The notes under the pieces are model-generated. The model saw only the letters and a program-made list of their open reading frames with translations, was not told the DNA's origin and did not search any database. Shown one piece after another: positions 36,491 to 48,379 of a DNA stretch of 64,000 nucleotides. Both the position numbers and the translations under genes were made by a program. Source of the stretch: Dipteris shenzhenensis. Its lineage: Eukaryota. Location of the stretch: assembly GCA_047967505.1 (NCBI GenBank), contig CM106538.1; one strand, 5' to 3'. Position 1 is the stretch's first letter; each line of letters starts with the position of its first letter.

Positions 36491-39400
36491 CTAACTAAGG
36501 AAGACTTGGTTTCCCAAATCTTCGTTGTTGTCGGGGATGGCTCGCATGTTGATGTGGTAGCACTTCAGTCGGCTCCCATTTATTGTTGTGTTGAATTGGA
36601 CTCCATCTAGTGTTTCAAGTAGCACAGCTCCGATGGGATTTATCTTTCGTACTCGGTAGGGTCCTTGACCTAGATACTTCAGTTTTCCCTTGTGTACTTT
36701 GGCATTGTATAACGGGACTAATTCGCCTTCCTTGATGTCTTTAGCTTTCAGATTCCTGTCAAACCATGCCTTTCTTCGACGTTTTTCTATTGTCATGGCA
36801 TGATAAGCGACGAGTCTTGTCTCTGTATGCTTTTCCAACTGACAGAGCCTTTCTTTCAAGGACTCATGATCACCCATGCATTCCTGTACTGCGATGCGTA
36901 GACTTGGTATTACAAATTTGAGTGGGACCATGGCTTCAAGGCCGTACACCAATTGAAAAGGTGTGTTCCTTGTACTGACCTTGAATGTGGTTCTGTATGC
37001 CCATAAGGCTGCATTCAGTTTCTCTGCCCAATCAGAACGCTGTGGTTCTACTACCTTGGTGAGGATATTGCATATGATTTTGTTTGTGGATTCTGCTAGT
37101 CCATTCCCTTGGGGGTAGTAGGGTGTGCTTTTTCTATGGATGACCATGAAGCCAGACAAGAGTTCTTAGATTACCTCATTGACAAAATGTGTGCCTCTAT
37201 CCGACACAATTTCAATGGGGCATCCGAATTGGGTGATCACATGTTCGTATAAGAATCTTGCTGTGCTTTTGGCATCTGCCTTTCTGACTGCTTTAGCTTC
37301 AGCCCATTTGTTAAAGTAATCAGTGGCCACAATGATGTAGCATGCCTGTGTTCCTTTTGCTGCTGGATGTATGGGACCCACATAGTCAATCCCCCATTTT
37401 TCAAATGGTTGTTGTGCAACAACTGTTGTTAGGGGATTGAAGTCTTTGTGTTGTGGTTTAATAGTTCGTTGCCATACATCACAGCCTTTTACATATTCAT
37501 AGGCATCTGCCCACAGTGTTGGACACCAGTAGCCTGCGAGGAGAACTTTTCTTGCTGTGGCTTCCCCTTGGAAGTGTCCTCCTACAATGCCTTCATGGAC
37601 TTCACTCAAAATTGGCAGGATCTCATGAGGCATTACACATCTTCTTAATATCTGGTCCTTGCCCATCTTGTATAGTTGTCCTGCAATGAGTTGATATGGT
37701 GCAGCCTTTAGAATCAATTTTCTGGCATCTACTGCTTTCATGTCAGGGGGTGGTCTTCCTGTCATCAAGTACCCAATGATATCTCCACACCATTCTGGAA
37801 CAGCATCTATTTGAAATAGTGTGGCATCTGGTAAGTCGTCTTCTACTCCAGTGGCTTCTTCTCCTGTCTTGACTCGAGACATGTGATCGGCAATGTAGTG
37901 TTGGGCACCTTTGCGGAGCACGATTTTGAAGTTGAATTCTTGCAGCAAGAGGAGCCATCTGGTTATTCTTCCTGTGGTACACGGACGGTTCACAAGATAA
38001 AGCAATGCTTGATGGTCGGTGTAGAAGACAAAATCATTTGCGAGTAGATAGTGCCGAAATTTCTTTACACTATACACCATTGCTAGGGCTTCTCTTTCTG
38101 TGGTTGTATAGTTGATCTCTGCATCATTGAGTTGTTGACTGGCGAAGTAGACGGGGTAGTCTTTCTTATGTTCACCAGGTTGACAAAGCACACTCCCAAT
38201 TGCATACTTGATCCATCAATATGAACATGAAAATCAATATCCCAATTGGGAGATATAAGGATGGGTGTTGTGATTAGGCGCCACTTTAAAAGCTCAAAGG
38301 CTTGGTCGCACTCTTCGGTCCATAAGAACTCCACTAATAATTTGTAAAGTGGTCTAGCTATCATGGCATACCGCAATATAAATCTTCTATAATAGCCGAC
38401 ATGTCCCATAAAGACCTGTACACCTTTGGAATTTGTAGGAGGATGCAATTCCATGATAATTTTGATTTTGTCCATGTCAGTTGCAATCCCATGTTGAGAG
38501 ACGATGTGTCCCAAAACAACTCCGTGGGTGACCATGAACTGGCATTTTGTTGGATTTAGGGAGATGCCATACTCCCTGCATTTGATTAGTACTTCTTCCA
38601 GACATTTGAAGTGGTCCTGTTTGGTTGAATGGATGCACAAATCATCCAAGAACACCTGTAAAAACTTATTCAAAAATGACTTGAAAGCTGTGAACATGAC
38701 TCGCTGGAATGTGGCTGGGGCATTACAAAGGCCGAATGGCATGACTCTATATGCAAAAGTACCCCATTCTGTAGCAAATGCTGTTTTTTATTGGTCTTGA
38801 GGAGCAATTTGCACTTGGTTATAGCCACTGAAGCCATCCAAGAAGCTATATATTTCAGATCCTGCCACCTTTTCCAACACTGTTTCTGTTAAGGGAAGGG
38901 GGTAGTGATCCCTAATTGTGGCGGCATTCACATTTTTCAAGTTTACACATATTCTGAGCTTCTTGTTGCGTTTAGGCACAATGACAATGGGTGAAACCCA
39001 ATCAGTGTGCTCTATCTCGTAGATGAATCCGGCATCTAGGAGTTTTTCCAGCTCGTCATAAACCATGGTGCCATATTTAGGATTTGTGCGATAAGGTCCA
39101 CATACCTTAGGGCGAGCACCTTCCCTTATAGGTATCGTGTGCACTGCCACTTCTGGTGAAATTCCTTTCATCTCTTTGTATGACCATGCTAGGCAGTCAC
39201 GGTATTCCATTAGGAGGTCTTTGAGTTTGATTTCATCTTCTTGACGGAGCTGTTTCCCAATGAAAACTAATTTTTCTTCCTCCCCTTCAAGGGCAAGGTT
39301 TATTTTGCGTGTTTTTGCCAGTCCCTCATAGATTGGAGTTTCTCCAATGCTATCGGTTTCTTGAACTTCAGATTCTCTGATTGGTCTTGGCATTGCTATT

Positions 39401-42400
39401 GGTGCACTGCCACTTGTATAATTCTTAAAGTATTCCGGCACTTCTCGAAGATCGGCCTCTGATGGGGTTGAACTAGCCTGACATGTGTCATGTGTACTGG
39501 GTGGCATAGTTGCATTTAGTAATTTGTTAGGCTCTTCTTTTCTTTCTTTTTCTGAAGTCTCTTGATCGAGCTTCATCCGCACATGTGGCTTATATTTCCA
39601 AAACTTCTTACGTTGGGAATTGTGGGGTAACTTTTCCACTGGTAAGGTGTTTCCAAGTAAGGGTTCATGTGCTGCACATACTCCTTCCAGTCCCTCAGGG
39701 GACCATTCAAGAGGTGGTGGTTTTGATTTTGAGGGAACTACCTTTGCAAGGTACAATTCGACAATCCTTGTTTGGACTCGTTCGAATTCATTGAAGTGCT
39801 CGGCCTTGGCTTTTCTGCGATTTCCTCCGGCAGCTTTCTTGCGGGATCTTCTGCTGTTATTCAACTGTGGAGGTTCAACTTTTGGGAGCTCAACTACCAT
39901 TAGGGCATGCAGAATGGCTAGGTCATTATCAAAGATTTGATTTTCAATTTCAGCATTCGCAGCCTCTATTTCAAGGTCCCAAGGAAAATCTGAGTCATCA
40001 TTGGTATGGGTAACTTCTTCAGGTTCATTATCCCATTCGAGGTCAACCATAAAGAATGGCATCTCTAGATCGATTGGTTCTTCATGTGTCGGTGGAGGAT
40101 TGACCTGTAGTGCATTAACATCTATCTGTGAGAAAATGGGGTCTAATGAATGGCAGTTATTGATGGTTGCCAATGTTTGTATCCAGTTATTGACATTACT
40201 TTGTGAGTCACCTGCTATGGCATGCTATTGCAAGGGAGCTGATTTGCTCGAGATTGTCGTGGAAGATGTGTCATCCAATGCTCTAGGAACAATTGGTTTA
40301 ATAGCTCCTGTCCCCACATTCACCCTGACTGCAGTGTCTCGATTCTGGATTGTCAATCTATCCGTTCCCCAATCATGGAGGACTGATGCTTCCCGTAACC
40401 AAGGACGTCCCAGTAAGATTTGATAGGATTTTTTGGGGAGATCCAAGATTGTGAATTGAAGGGAAAAGCGGACTCCTGCGATCTTTGTGGACACACCATT
40501 CACTATTCCCAAGGGTTTAGCCCGTGAATCATCGGCAAGGCGTATGTTGAAATTAGCCTTTTCATTGGTGGGAGACCCCATTCTTCGTAAAGCTCCTTTG
40601 ATAGGACATTGACACCTGCTCCACCATCCACTATAGCTTGGACTTCATTATATGCCTTGTGGATCAAAGGCACAGTGATATTGCGTATGTCATCTCTCTC
40701 ACCCATCTGCACAGGGATATCTTCAATGTCGTTCATAGGTGGAGGGGGATTTGCGAGTTCAATCCATCCTTTGAAACTCTCCCAGAGATTGGGACAATTC
40801 CGTAAGAGGATTCTGATGGGGATTGACACAGGGCAACTCAGGATGCTAGAGAGTGCAGCTCCTTCAAGTTGACGTGGCGGTACATTCTGTTGTGGATTCT
40901 GTTGTTGGAACAAAGGCTCGAGTACAGTATCAATACTTTGTGGGGCCAAGTCATGGATTGGGTCTTGAGCTTGTTTCTGAGCCTCAAATTGAGCTTGTTC
41001 ATTTTGGATCCATTGCTGAAGTACCTGAAAATGAGCCTTCTCCACCTCTGCATTTGGCAATGGAGCTTCTTTTATTCGAGGCTCGGGAGTTAATGTGGAT
41101 GAGTTCGGCTGCTCATTGCTTGGCGAAGTTGGAGGCACTTGTGCTTTCTTTTTCAGAAGTCGCTTCGGTTGGATTGGAATGATAGGGTCCTTCGTGGCCT
41201 CTTTCTGTTGGCGTGTAATTACATTGATAGGTTGTGACCTTAGACTTGCCGGACCCAGACTTTGATGGTCCACCCCAATGATGCCGATGGGGATGTTAAG
41301 CTTAACCTCTGTTTGTTCTGGGACCTTATTTTTCATGGGACAATCCATACAGGCATGTCCTATGCCACAATCTCTGTAGAGTGGTTGGAAAGTGGCTGGG
41401 CTACCACGATGAGGGCACTCTGCGATCCTATGATTTTCTCCACAATCGTAACACTTGATTGGTGCTCGAAATGTGTTGGGTCGCACTTGATTTGCATAGA
41501 CTGGTATTAGACCCTCTGCACCTTCTACATAGTACACTGGGTACTCTGCTTCATACTCAAATAGCGAGTCTACTTCCTCGGCTTGTAATTGATGTATGGG
41601 AACTGCCTGAGGAGCTGGATTTGGTGCTCTTGGATACGGTCGTGGATTCGGATTCCTGAGTAGTTGTGGGACTTGTGTCCGAACGGGAACAGGATTTAGT
41701 CTCGGAGCTGGGGGCGCTTGTGCAAGTGCTGGTTGCCTGTATACTGGCATGGGTGCCGCTTGGTATTGTGGTGGTCGAGGCGGATTGTTGCGCATGTTGA
41801 AGATGCAAGTGTTCTCATCATGGCCGCCGATGATGCAGATATGGCACCACAACCGTGGCGGTGGATTTGCTTGTGCAGTGATCCTTGCTCTTAGGACTGG
41901 GCATTCATTTGTTGTATGATTTGCCAAGCAGTGTGGGCACCAGACATTTTCTCGCCGTGGATATGTTTGAGTTGGCGGCTGAGACAAGTGGAGTTTTTGA
42001 TCCATGGCCTGCATCATATCTTCTTTCAGCTTCAAGGTCATGGCCTCTAGGCGATCTTCATTGGATGTTTCGGCAGTGTCCTTTGATTTACCTTTTTTCG
42101 AGCGTTTTTCTCATGTATTTGATCTGGCATCATCACTGCTAGTGTCTAAATCTGTCATGCCATCTTCGATGTCAATGGTTGTTGCATGAGCAGCACTGAA
42201 TGTTTCATAGCTACTTATCTTTTTCATATCCTTGCGGATTTTCTTTCTTAGACCTGCTATGAACCATGCCGTGAGAGGTACTTTGCATCTGGGCGTGGGT
42301 CACATTTGGCGATCAATCTCTTCATCTTTCCCAGGTATGTGCGTACATCTTCCCTCCGGCCTTGTTCGATCTTGCTGATTTGGAGAGCGGGATCATCTTG

Positions 42401-42889
42401 TAGCCTCTCCGTTTGAAAGCGACGTTTGAATTCAGTTTGAAGTAGGTCCCATGTGGCACGTTCTTCCACGAGAAGGTCGAGGTACCATTCTGACGCTACA
42501 TCAGTTAAGGCCATTGGAAACCAAGCCACCTTGGTTTCATGGGATTGATCACCACCTGCTCGACATGCGGCATCAAAATGCTGGAGGAAGCGAGCTGGGT
42601 CTCCCCTACCATTATATTTGGAAAGTTCCAATTTTCCCAAGGGGCGTCGGCCTTGATTGTTGTGATGTCATCGATTGAAGAAGTTGTCAGCCTCTGCATC
42701 GAGCTCGATATCCCCATCATGGTCATGATGGCGTCCAGCCATGTTGGGGCGTGGAGGAGTTAAAGGAAGTTGTTGAATCTCAAGGGGGGATTCGGGGTAG
42801 AGGATTGGCGGGGGCGGTTGTTGCAGTGGAATTAGTTGCGGATGGGGCGAGCATTGGAGGCGAAGTCGTTGGCCGGAACGTAACTGCAT
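36491..42889 (-). pseudogene. Gypsy gag-pol (Gag, PR, RT, RNase H, IN) with frameshifts and stops
   Basis: MQLRSG; YNGRGDPARFL; CCHC knuckles; IVDGGAGVN; ILLGRPWL; LDGFSGYNQ; MPFGLCNAPATFQR; FLDD; TDHQAL; WGIDYVGP; SDRGTHF; YPQGNGLAE; GPY. The PR-RT-RH-IN order is gypsy. Confidence 0.95.
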
Positions 42890-43094
42890 GCAGATTGTGC
42901 ATGATTTGCCAAGGGTGTCGCTACCCCAAGGGCGTTTGTGGAGGTGGTGTTCTTAGGAGAGTTAGAGTGGTGTTAGTTTGTGTAGGGACCGTCGTGTTAA
43001 TAATGTGCCTAAGATTGTCCTACGTGTGTAGGGAAATGTGCCCGTGCAGACAGATCGTTAATCGGAGGTCACGGCGTGAAAATACGAGTGAAAA

Positions 43095-43980
43095 TGTGTT
43101 ACAACTTTGTGATACGACTTTGTGTTACATGCAGAGAGAGAAGCTCTCCAACTTGTATAAATACCCCATAATGGAATGAAGCCCATTCTCTTTGGGGCAT
43201 TGTGTTGAGTCTACTTTGGTATTCCAAGCATTTGTCTCAAGTGTCCATGCTTCCTTGCACTGCACGTCCAAAAGCATGTCCTAACCTTGCAACCCTTCTC
43301 CCCTCTCCTCCAACCCTGCAACCCACCCTCTCCCTCTCCTCCTCCCTCCTCCTCCTTCCTCCTTCTCCTCCTCCTCCTCCTCCTCCTCCCTCCACCTCCT
43401 CCTCCTCTCTCCTCCCCCTCCCTCCTCCTCTTCCCTCCTCCTCCTCCCTCCTCTCTCTTCTTTCACCCATGCTCTTACATCTTCTTCCTCTCCCACTCCT
43501 ATGCTTTCCTAAACCCTTAAACTCCATGATCTACGAGGGAGACGAGTTCTCCACCATGTACTCTACTCTGAACCTTGGATCCTCCTTCTAACCCTGGACT
43601 CCTTCTAAACCCTGGAACCTCTTTCTAAACCTTGGAACTCTTTCTAAACCCTGGAACTCCCTCTGAACCCTGGAACTCTTTCTAAACCTTGGAACCTCCT
43701 TCTGAACCCTTAAACTCCTCCTAAACCCTACAACCCCCAATGAAGGCGAAAGCCTTCATTACCTCAACAAAGATGGTTTACGTTTCTTTTACACATGCTT
43801 GCACTGTGTTTACTTACCACACTTAAGCCTACGTCTCTTACCGGAACATGACTCGAGGTCCTAAGCTACACATATACTACAACCGACAATTCCAATATAT
43901 ATGTAGGTGACAAAAAGCCTTGGAACCCTGCTAACAAGAATCCCAGCTCTTCCTACGAAAGCAGTAGGAAAGAGCCAACA
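43095..43980 (+). repeat. Inverted copy of the gypsy LTR (reverse complement of 32559-33470)
   Basis: Ends agagccaaCA, the reverse complement of TGttggctct at 32559. Near-identical over about 890 bp and lacks about 280 bp of the 13-mer array. Confidence 0.92.
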
Positions 43981-44639
43981 TTTGGCACCATTGTCGGGGA
44001 GACTAGCGTCTCAAGTAGTGAGTAAACATACGTAGGTATGTGTAAAACAAGTCACTACTTCAAACTTTCACGAACATAACACTCAAGGGCAAGGAGAGTA
44101 AAATTTTTTTCCAATTCTAGCCAAACATATCAACCCCAAACATCCACTTTGGGTTACTAACTTAAGAAATTTTCTTAATTTCTTAAATAGAAGCCACATC
44201 ATATACAATCAGGCTAGGTAGTGGACACGGATGCGTAGAGCTTTCAATTTCGATCATTTTACCTTTTTACAGAAAAGCAAACCGAGCTCTCCATAAAGAG
44301 TTATGGCTCGGGAAGAGTTTAGGGTTAAACCCTAAACCTAAAATCCAATCCTATAAAAACCTACTCCACCCCCCTCATTCTTCATCTTTCACTTTTTGCC
44401 TCCATTCTCTTCTTCATTCCGAGCCCCACGCAAGACACTCCTCCCTCTCCATCGACCACCCCCTTACTCCTATCCTCGCAATGTAAGTGACATCGAGCCC
44501 TTCTCGCAGCGATGACCTAGCCTTCCACCCACCATCCATTGTTCCGCAACAATCCCGTTACATCGAGAAAGACTTGGAGAGCGTTCAGGTGACCACTTCT
44601 CCCTGCTTTTCAATTTCTGTCTTTCAGGTTTTTTTGCTC

Positions 44640-46162
44640 TTTTTTACCCCTCTCCCCCTCCCCCTCCACCACCACCTCCCCCCTCCCCCTCCATCTCCAC
44701 CACCACCTCCCCCCTCCCCCTCCACCACCACCTCCTCCCTCCCCCTCCATTTCCACCTCCCCCTCCCCCTTCATCTCCACCCCCCCCTCTCCCCCTCCCC
44801 CTCCACCTCCACCTCCCCCTCTCCCCCTCCCCCTCCACCACCACCTTCCCCCCTCCCCCTCCCCCTCCACCTCCACCTCCCCCTCTCCCCCTCCCCCTCC
44901 ACCACCACCTCCCCCCCTCCCCCTCCCCCTTCATCTCCACCTCCCCCACTCCCCCTCCCCCTCCACCACCTCCCTTTCACTCTCTCTCTTTCTTTCTCTC
45001 TCTCTCCCTCCCCCTTTCTCTCTCCTTTCTCTCTCCTCTCTCCCCCTTTCCCCCTCTCTCTCTCTCTTCTCTCTCTCCACCTCCCCCCCTCACTCTCTCC
45101 TCTCTCCCCCTTTTCCCACCCCTCTCTCTCTCTCCCACCCCCTCTTTCTCTCACTCTCTCCTCTCTCCCCCTCGTTCTCTCTCCCACCCCCTCTCTCTCT
45201 CACTCTCTCCTCTCTCCCCCTCGTTCTCTCCCCCACCCCCTCTCTCTCTCTCACTCTCTCCTCTCTCCCCCTCATTCTCTCCCCCCTTACGCTCGCCCCT
45301 CCACCCCCCACCCCGCCCCCCCCTCTCCTCTCTCTCCCCCTTACCCCCTCCCCCTTACCCCCCCCTCTCTGTAAACCCCCACCTCCCACGCCGCCGCCCA
45401 CCCCCCGCCCCGCGACGGCGCACGTAGCGCCGCCCGCCCCCTCTCTCTCTTACCCGCCACCCCCCGCCCCGCGGCAACGCACACAGCGCCGCCCGCCCTC
45501 TCTCTCTCTTACACCCCACCACACCACCACCCCTCCCGCGGTGGCGCTCCGCAGAGCCGCCGCCGCCGCGCACCCCTCAACCCCCCCGCCCCTGCCCCGC
45601 GCCATTCCCCGCCCCCCCGCACCACCCCCTGCCCTCCCCCATTGCCCCCCCGCTCACAACCCCCGTCCCCGCGCACCCCCTAACCCCCCCGCCCCCGGCC
45701 TGTGCCATTCCCCGCCCCCCCCGCGCCACCCCCCGCCCTCCCCCACCGCCCCCTCGCTCACAACCCCCGTCCTCGTGCACCCCCTAACCCCCCCGCCGCC
45801 GCCCCACGCCATTCCCCGCCCCCTCGCGCCACCCCCCGCCCTCCCCCGCCGCCCCCCGCTCACAACCCCCGTCCCCGCGCAGCCCCTAACCCCCCCCGCC
45901 CCCGCCCCACACCATTCCCCGCCACCCCCCGCGCCACCCCCCGCCCTCCCCCGTCGCCCCCCGCTCACAACCCCCGCCCCCCGCCACCCCCCGCCCTCCC
46001 TCGTCGCAAAGCCCCCCTCTCCCCTCCACCCCCTGACCCGCGCTCCCTCGCCGCACCCCCTCCCCCACGCCGCCCCTCTCCCCCGAACCCCCTCTCAGCG
46101 CCCCCCCCGGGCGCCGCCGTCGCGAAGTCCACCACCCCCCGAAAAAAAAAAAAAAAAAAAAA
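44640..46162. repeat. C-rich polypyrimidine tract, then CpG-rich C-rich repeats and an A-run
   Basis: 44640-45370 is almost only C/T with a few A; 45590-45990 has repeated cgctcacaacccccgtcc and ccctaacccccc; an A-run of about 21 nt lies at 46142-46162. Confidence 0.9.
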
Positions 46163-46967
46163 CAAACAAGCCTAACCTAGGGTTACATTAGTCTTAGTTA
46201 GGTTAATATTAACTGTAGGTTATTTAGGTTAAGATACCTAGGTTAGGTTAGTATTCACCTTCGGTTAGTCTTAACTATAGTTAGGCTAGGTTAGTTAGGT
46301 TAGGATAACTAGACTAGGTTAGTTTCACCTAACCTCAGTTAACTTAATTGTAGTTAGTTACACTAACTAAGTTAGACTATGGTTAGTCTCACCCTCACTA
46401 GCTAGGTTAGACTAACTGATTAGTTAGTCTAACTAGATCAACTTGGTTTCAACCCCTCGGTTGGACTTAAAGTCCATTCACACCACCATTAGGACCCATG
46501 CATATTTCCAGAGATGCTCTGCTTGCCTTTGTAGCATGTAGCTGAGGCCTACCTAGTAGACCTGATGGATGACACTCAGTTGGCTGTAATCCACTGGAAA
46601 AGAGTCACTGCGATCACCAAAGATATCCAGTTTATTGTCTGTCTTAGGATGCCCAAGGGCACTTAGGTTTTTTGTATATATGCCTTGGGAGGATAGTTAG
46701 AGTTCATGTACTTTGCCTTTGGGCATCTGTTTTGCATAATTCTCTTTTCAATATAATAAAGTGTCTTTTTTTGCATTGTCTTTGTATGTGCAATCTCAAA
46801 TTTATTTTCATTGTATTTTCAATCTACAATTTACTTACATGCAATCTCAAGTAACTTACATGCAAAAGGAAATAATATTCCATAACAAACAAGAAAATAA
46901 TTTGAAAATTTTATTCTTTATTGACATATAGTGGTATTACAAAGAGCATCCACTTTAGGGCACAAGT

Positions 46968-47850
46968 TACTCTATCCTACACTTCTTATTACTTGGTTCA
47001 GATCCCTTTTTTGCTTGCTGAAGAAGAGAGGGTTGCACAATTTTATTCTCTATAGGCTAGGGATCTGTAACACGAGCTAGCCCTACAATAGCTATGATGC
47101 TATGGAGAGGGTCGGATCGTGTGTCTGAGAACAAAAATAAAGATACACTACACCTAACCAAAACAACCCAATCTGCAGTAGGACGGATGGCCCTCATCTT
47201 CACCATCCGACTAAGGCCCCTGAACTTCATACTATTCAACTTTTCATCTGGCAATAATTTATGCTCCTTAGGTTCTATGTCTAGGTATATGTCATCTCCT
47301 CCACCATTTGTTGATGGACCTACTCCACCACTTGTGGATGTAGAAGGACCCTCGGGCTTCGCACCAACATCCTCATCAAACTTGCTAGTTGCAAGGAGAA
47401 TGGTAAGGGCTGCATCTCTCTCAATCCAATGAATCGAGGAAGATGAATCATCTCCGATGGGAATAGCATACTCACAAAGAAAGATACAGACATTATCCAT
47501 GGCCCTACCTAGTGTCTTCTTGAAGTTAGAACTCTAGTCCAAAGAGCTCAAAATATCCAATGAAACACACTGGTGAGGGGAGTCAACAATCATGATAGAT
47601 TGCCCATGGATAAGTCTATCAAAAAACTGTGAGAGAAAAACTGAAGAGAGGGATTATCAGTGGGAAGGAGAGCTCTCAAGTGAGACTCAAGATGGAATGC
47701 CTTGCAGAAGACAAGATAAATATGATGTGCATGGGAATCAATGGATGAAATCCACTGGTCAAATGCCTCTCTATAGGATTCAGCCATGAGTGCAGAAGGA
47801 TGCTCGGAAAGATCAAAGAGGAACCTCTGGAATGCAAGGTTATTCAAGAG
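46968..47850 (-). pseudogene. Unknown ORF convergent with the H3-like gene; its 3' part is also in copy 1 (about 5230-5393)
   Basis: Minus-strand ORFs 47590-47847 and 47057-47500; sequence 47000-47163 matches 5230-5393. Confidence 0.45.
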
Positions 47851-47928
47851 TGGGAAACTGAAAATATGAAAATGACCTAAAAAATGCTTTTAATTAAAAT
47901 ATTTTTATGTTTATTGTTTTTACTTTGA

Positions 47929-47931
<3 letters not shown>

Positions 47932-48020
<89 letters not shown>
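47932..48020. repeat. Compound microsatellite (CT)n(AT)n
   Basis: Read directly from the sequence. Confidence 0.97.
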
Positions 48021-48379
48021 CTTGTGGCTTCCTTGTTCACCCTCTTCTCTTGTATGCTTGCAAATGAATGTGTATGCTTGGAGATGAGGTGTAAGCTACT
48101 TGGAGATGAGTTCCTCTTGGGGATGGGTATACAAGTTGAAAGGAATGCAAGTGCAGCGGCATGAGGAAATGTAGGTTTAAAAACCAGATAGCACATCTAA
48201 AAACATGTCTATTGGTGCATCTATACTATATATTAGAGACGCCTATAGATGTGTTTCACAATATAGACATGTTACACAATTTTGAGGTAAAAATTGCAAG
48301 CACTAACATTTTGAACTTTCATTTTGAGTTGTTAGTATTTGTAGGATGTCTTCATCTTCAACAAGCACCTCCAGTGAGG

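Larger units (their letters stand above)
32559..46495 (-). mobile_element. Ty3/gypsy element (Athila/Tat-type PBS) with rearranged, inverted 5' part, inserted in the H3-like gene
   Basis: Minus-strand 3' LTR 32559-33746 with PPT 33747-33760; gag-pol on the minus strand; second LTR copy 43095-43980 on the PLUS strand, followed by PBS-like tggcaccattgtcgggga. ccatg occurs at both outer junctions. Confidence 0.85.
21095..46666 (+). pseudogene. Histone H3/CENH3-like gene, copy 2, split into three pieces (21095-21353, 32238-32558, 46501-46666)
   Basis: MANPKIKAPKRLA...; VALWEIRKFQKAIDLLIPMASFARVIHEVMEDLNNSPIPQYYRRGIVKAP; HISRDALLA..VAEAYLVDLMDDTQLAVIHWKRVTAITKDIQFIVCLRMPKGT*. Colinear with copy 1 once the two LTR insertions are removed. 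Confidence 0.9.

Noticed and set aside
32559-43980. DIRS-type retroelement or giant TIR transposon suggested by the inverted terminal repeats
   Set aside because: It encodes a protease and a DDE integrase, no tyrosine recombinase is seen, and the repeats have LTR hallmarks (PPT, PBS).
44487-46191. Extensin-like Pro-rich and Gly-rich ORFs
   Set aside because: Open in many frames on both strands because C-rich low-complexity DNA lacks stop codons.
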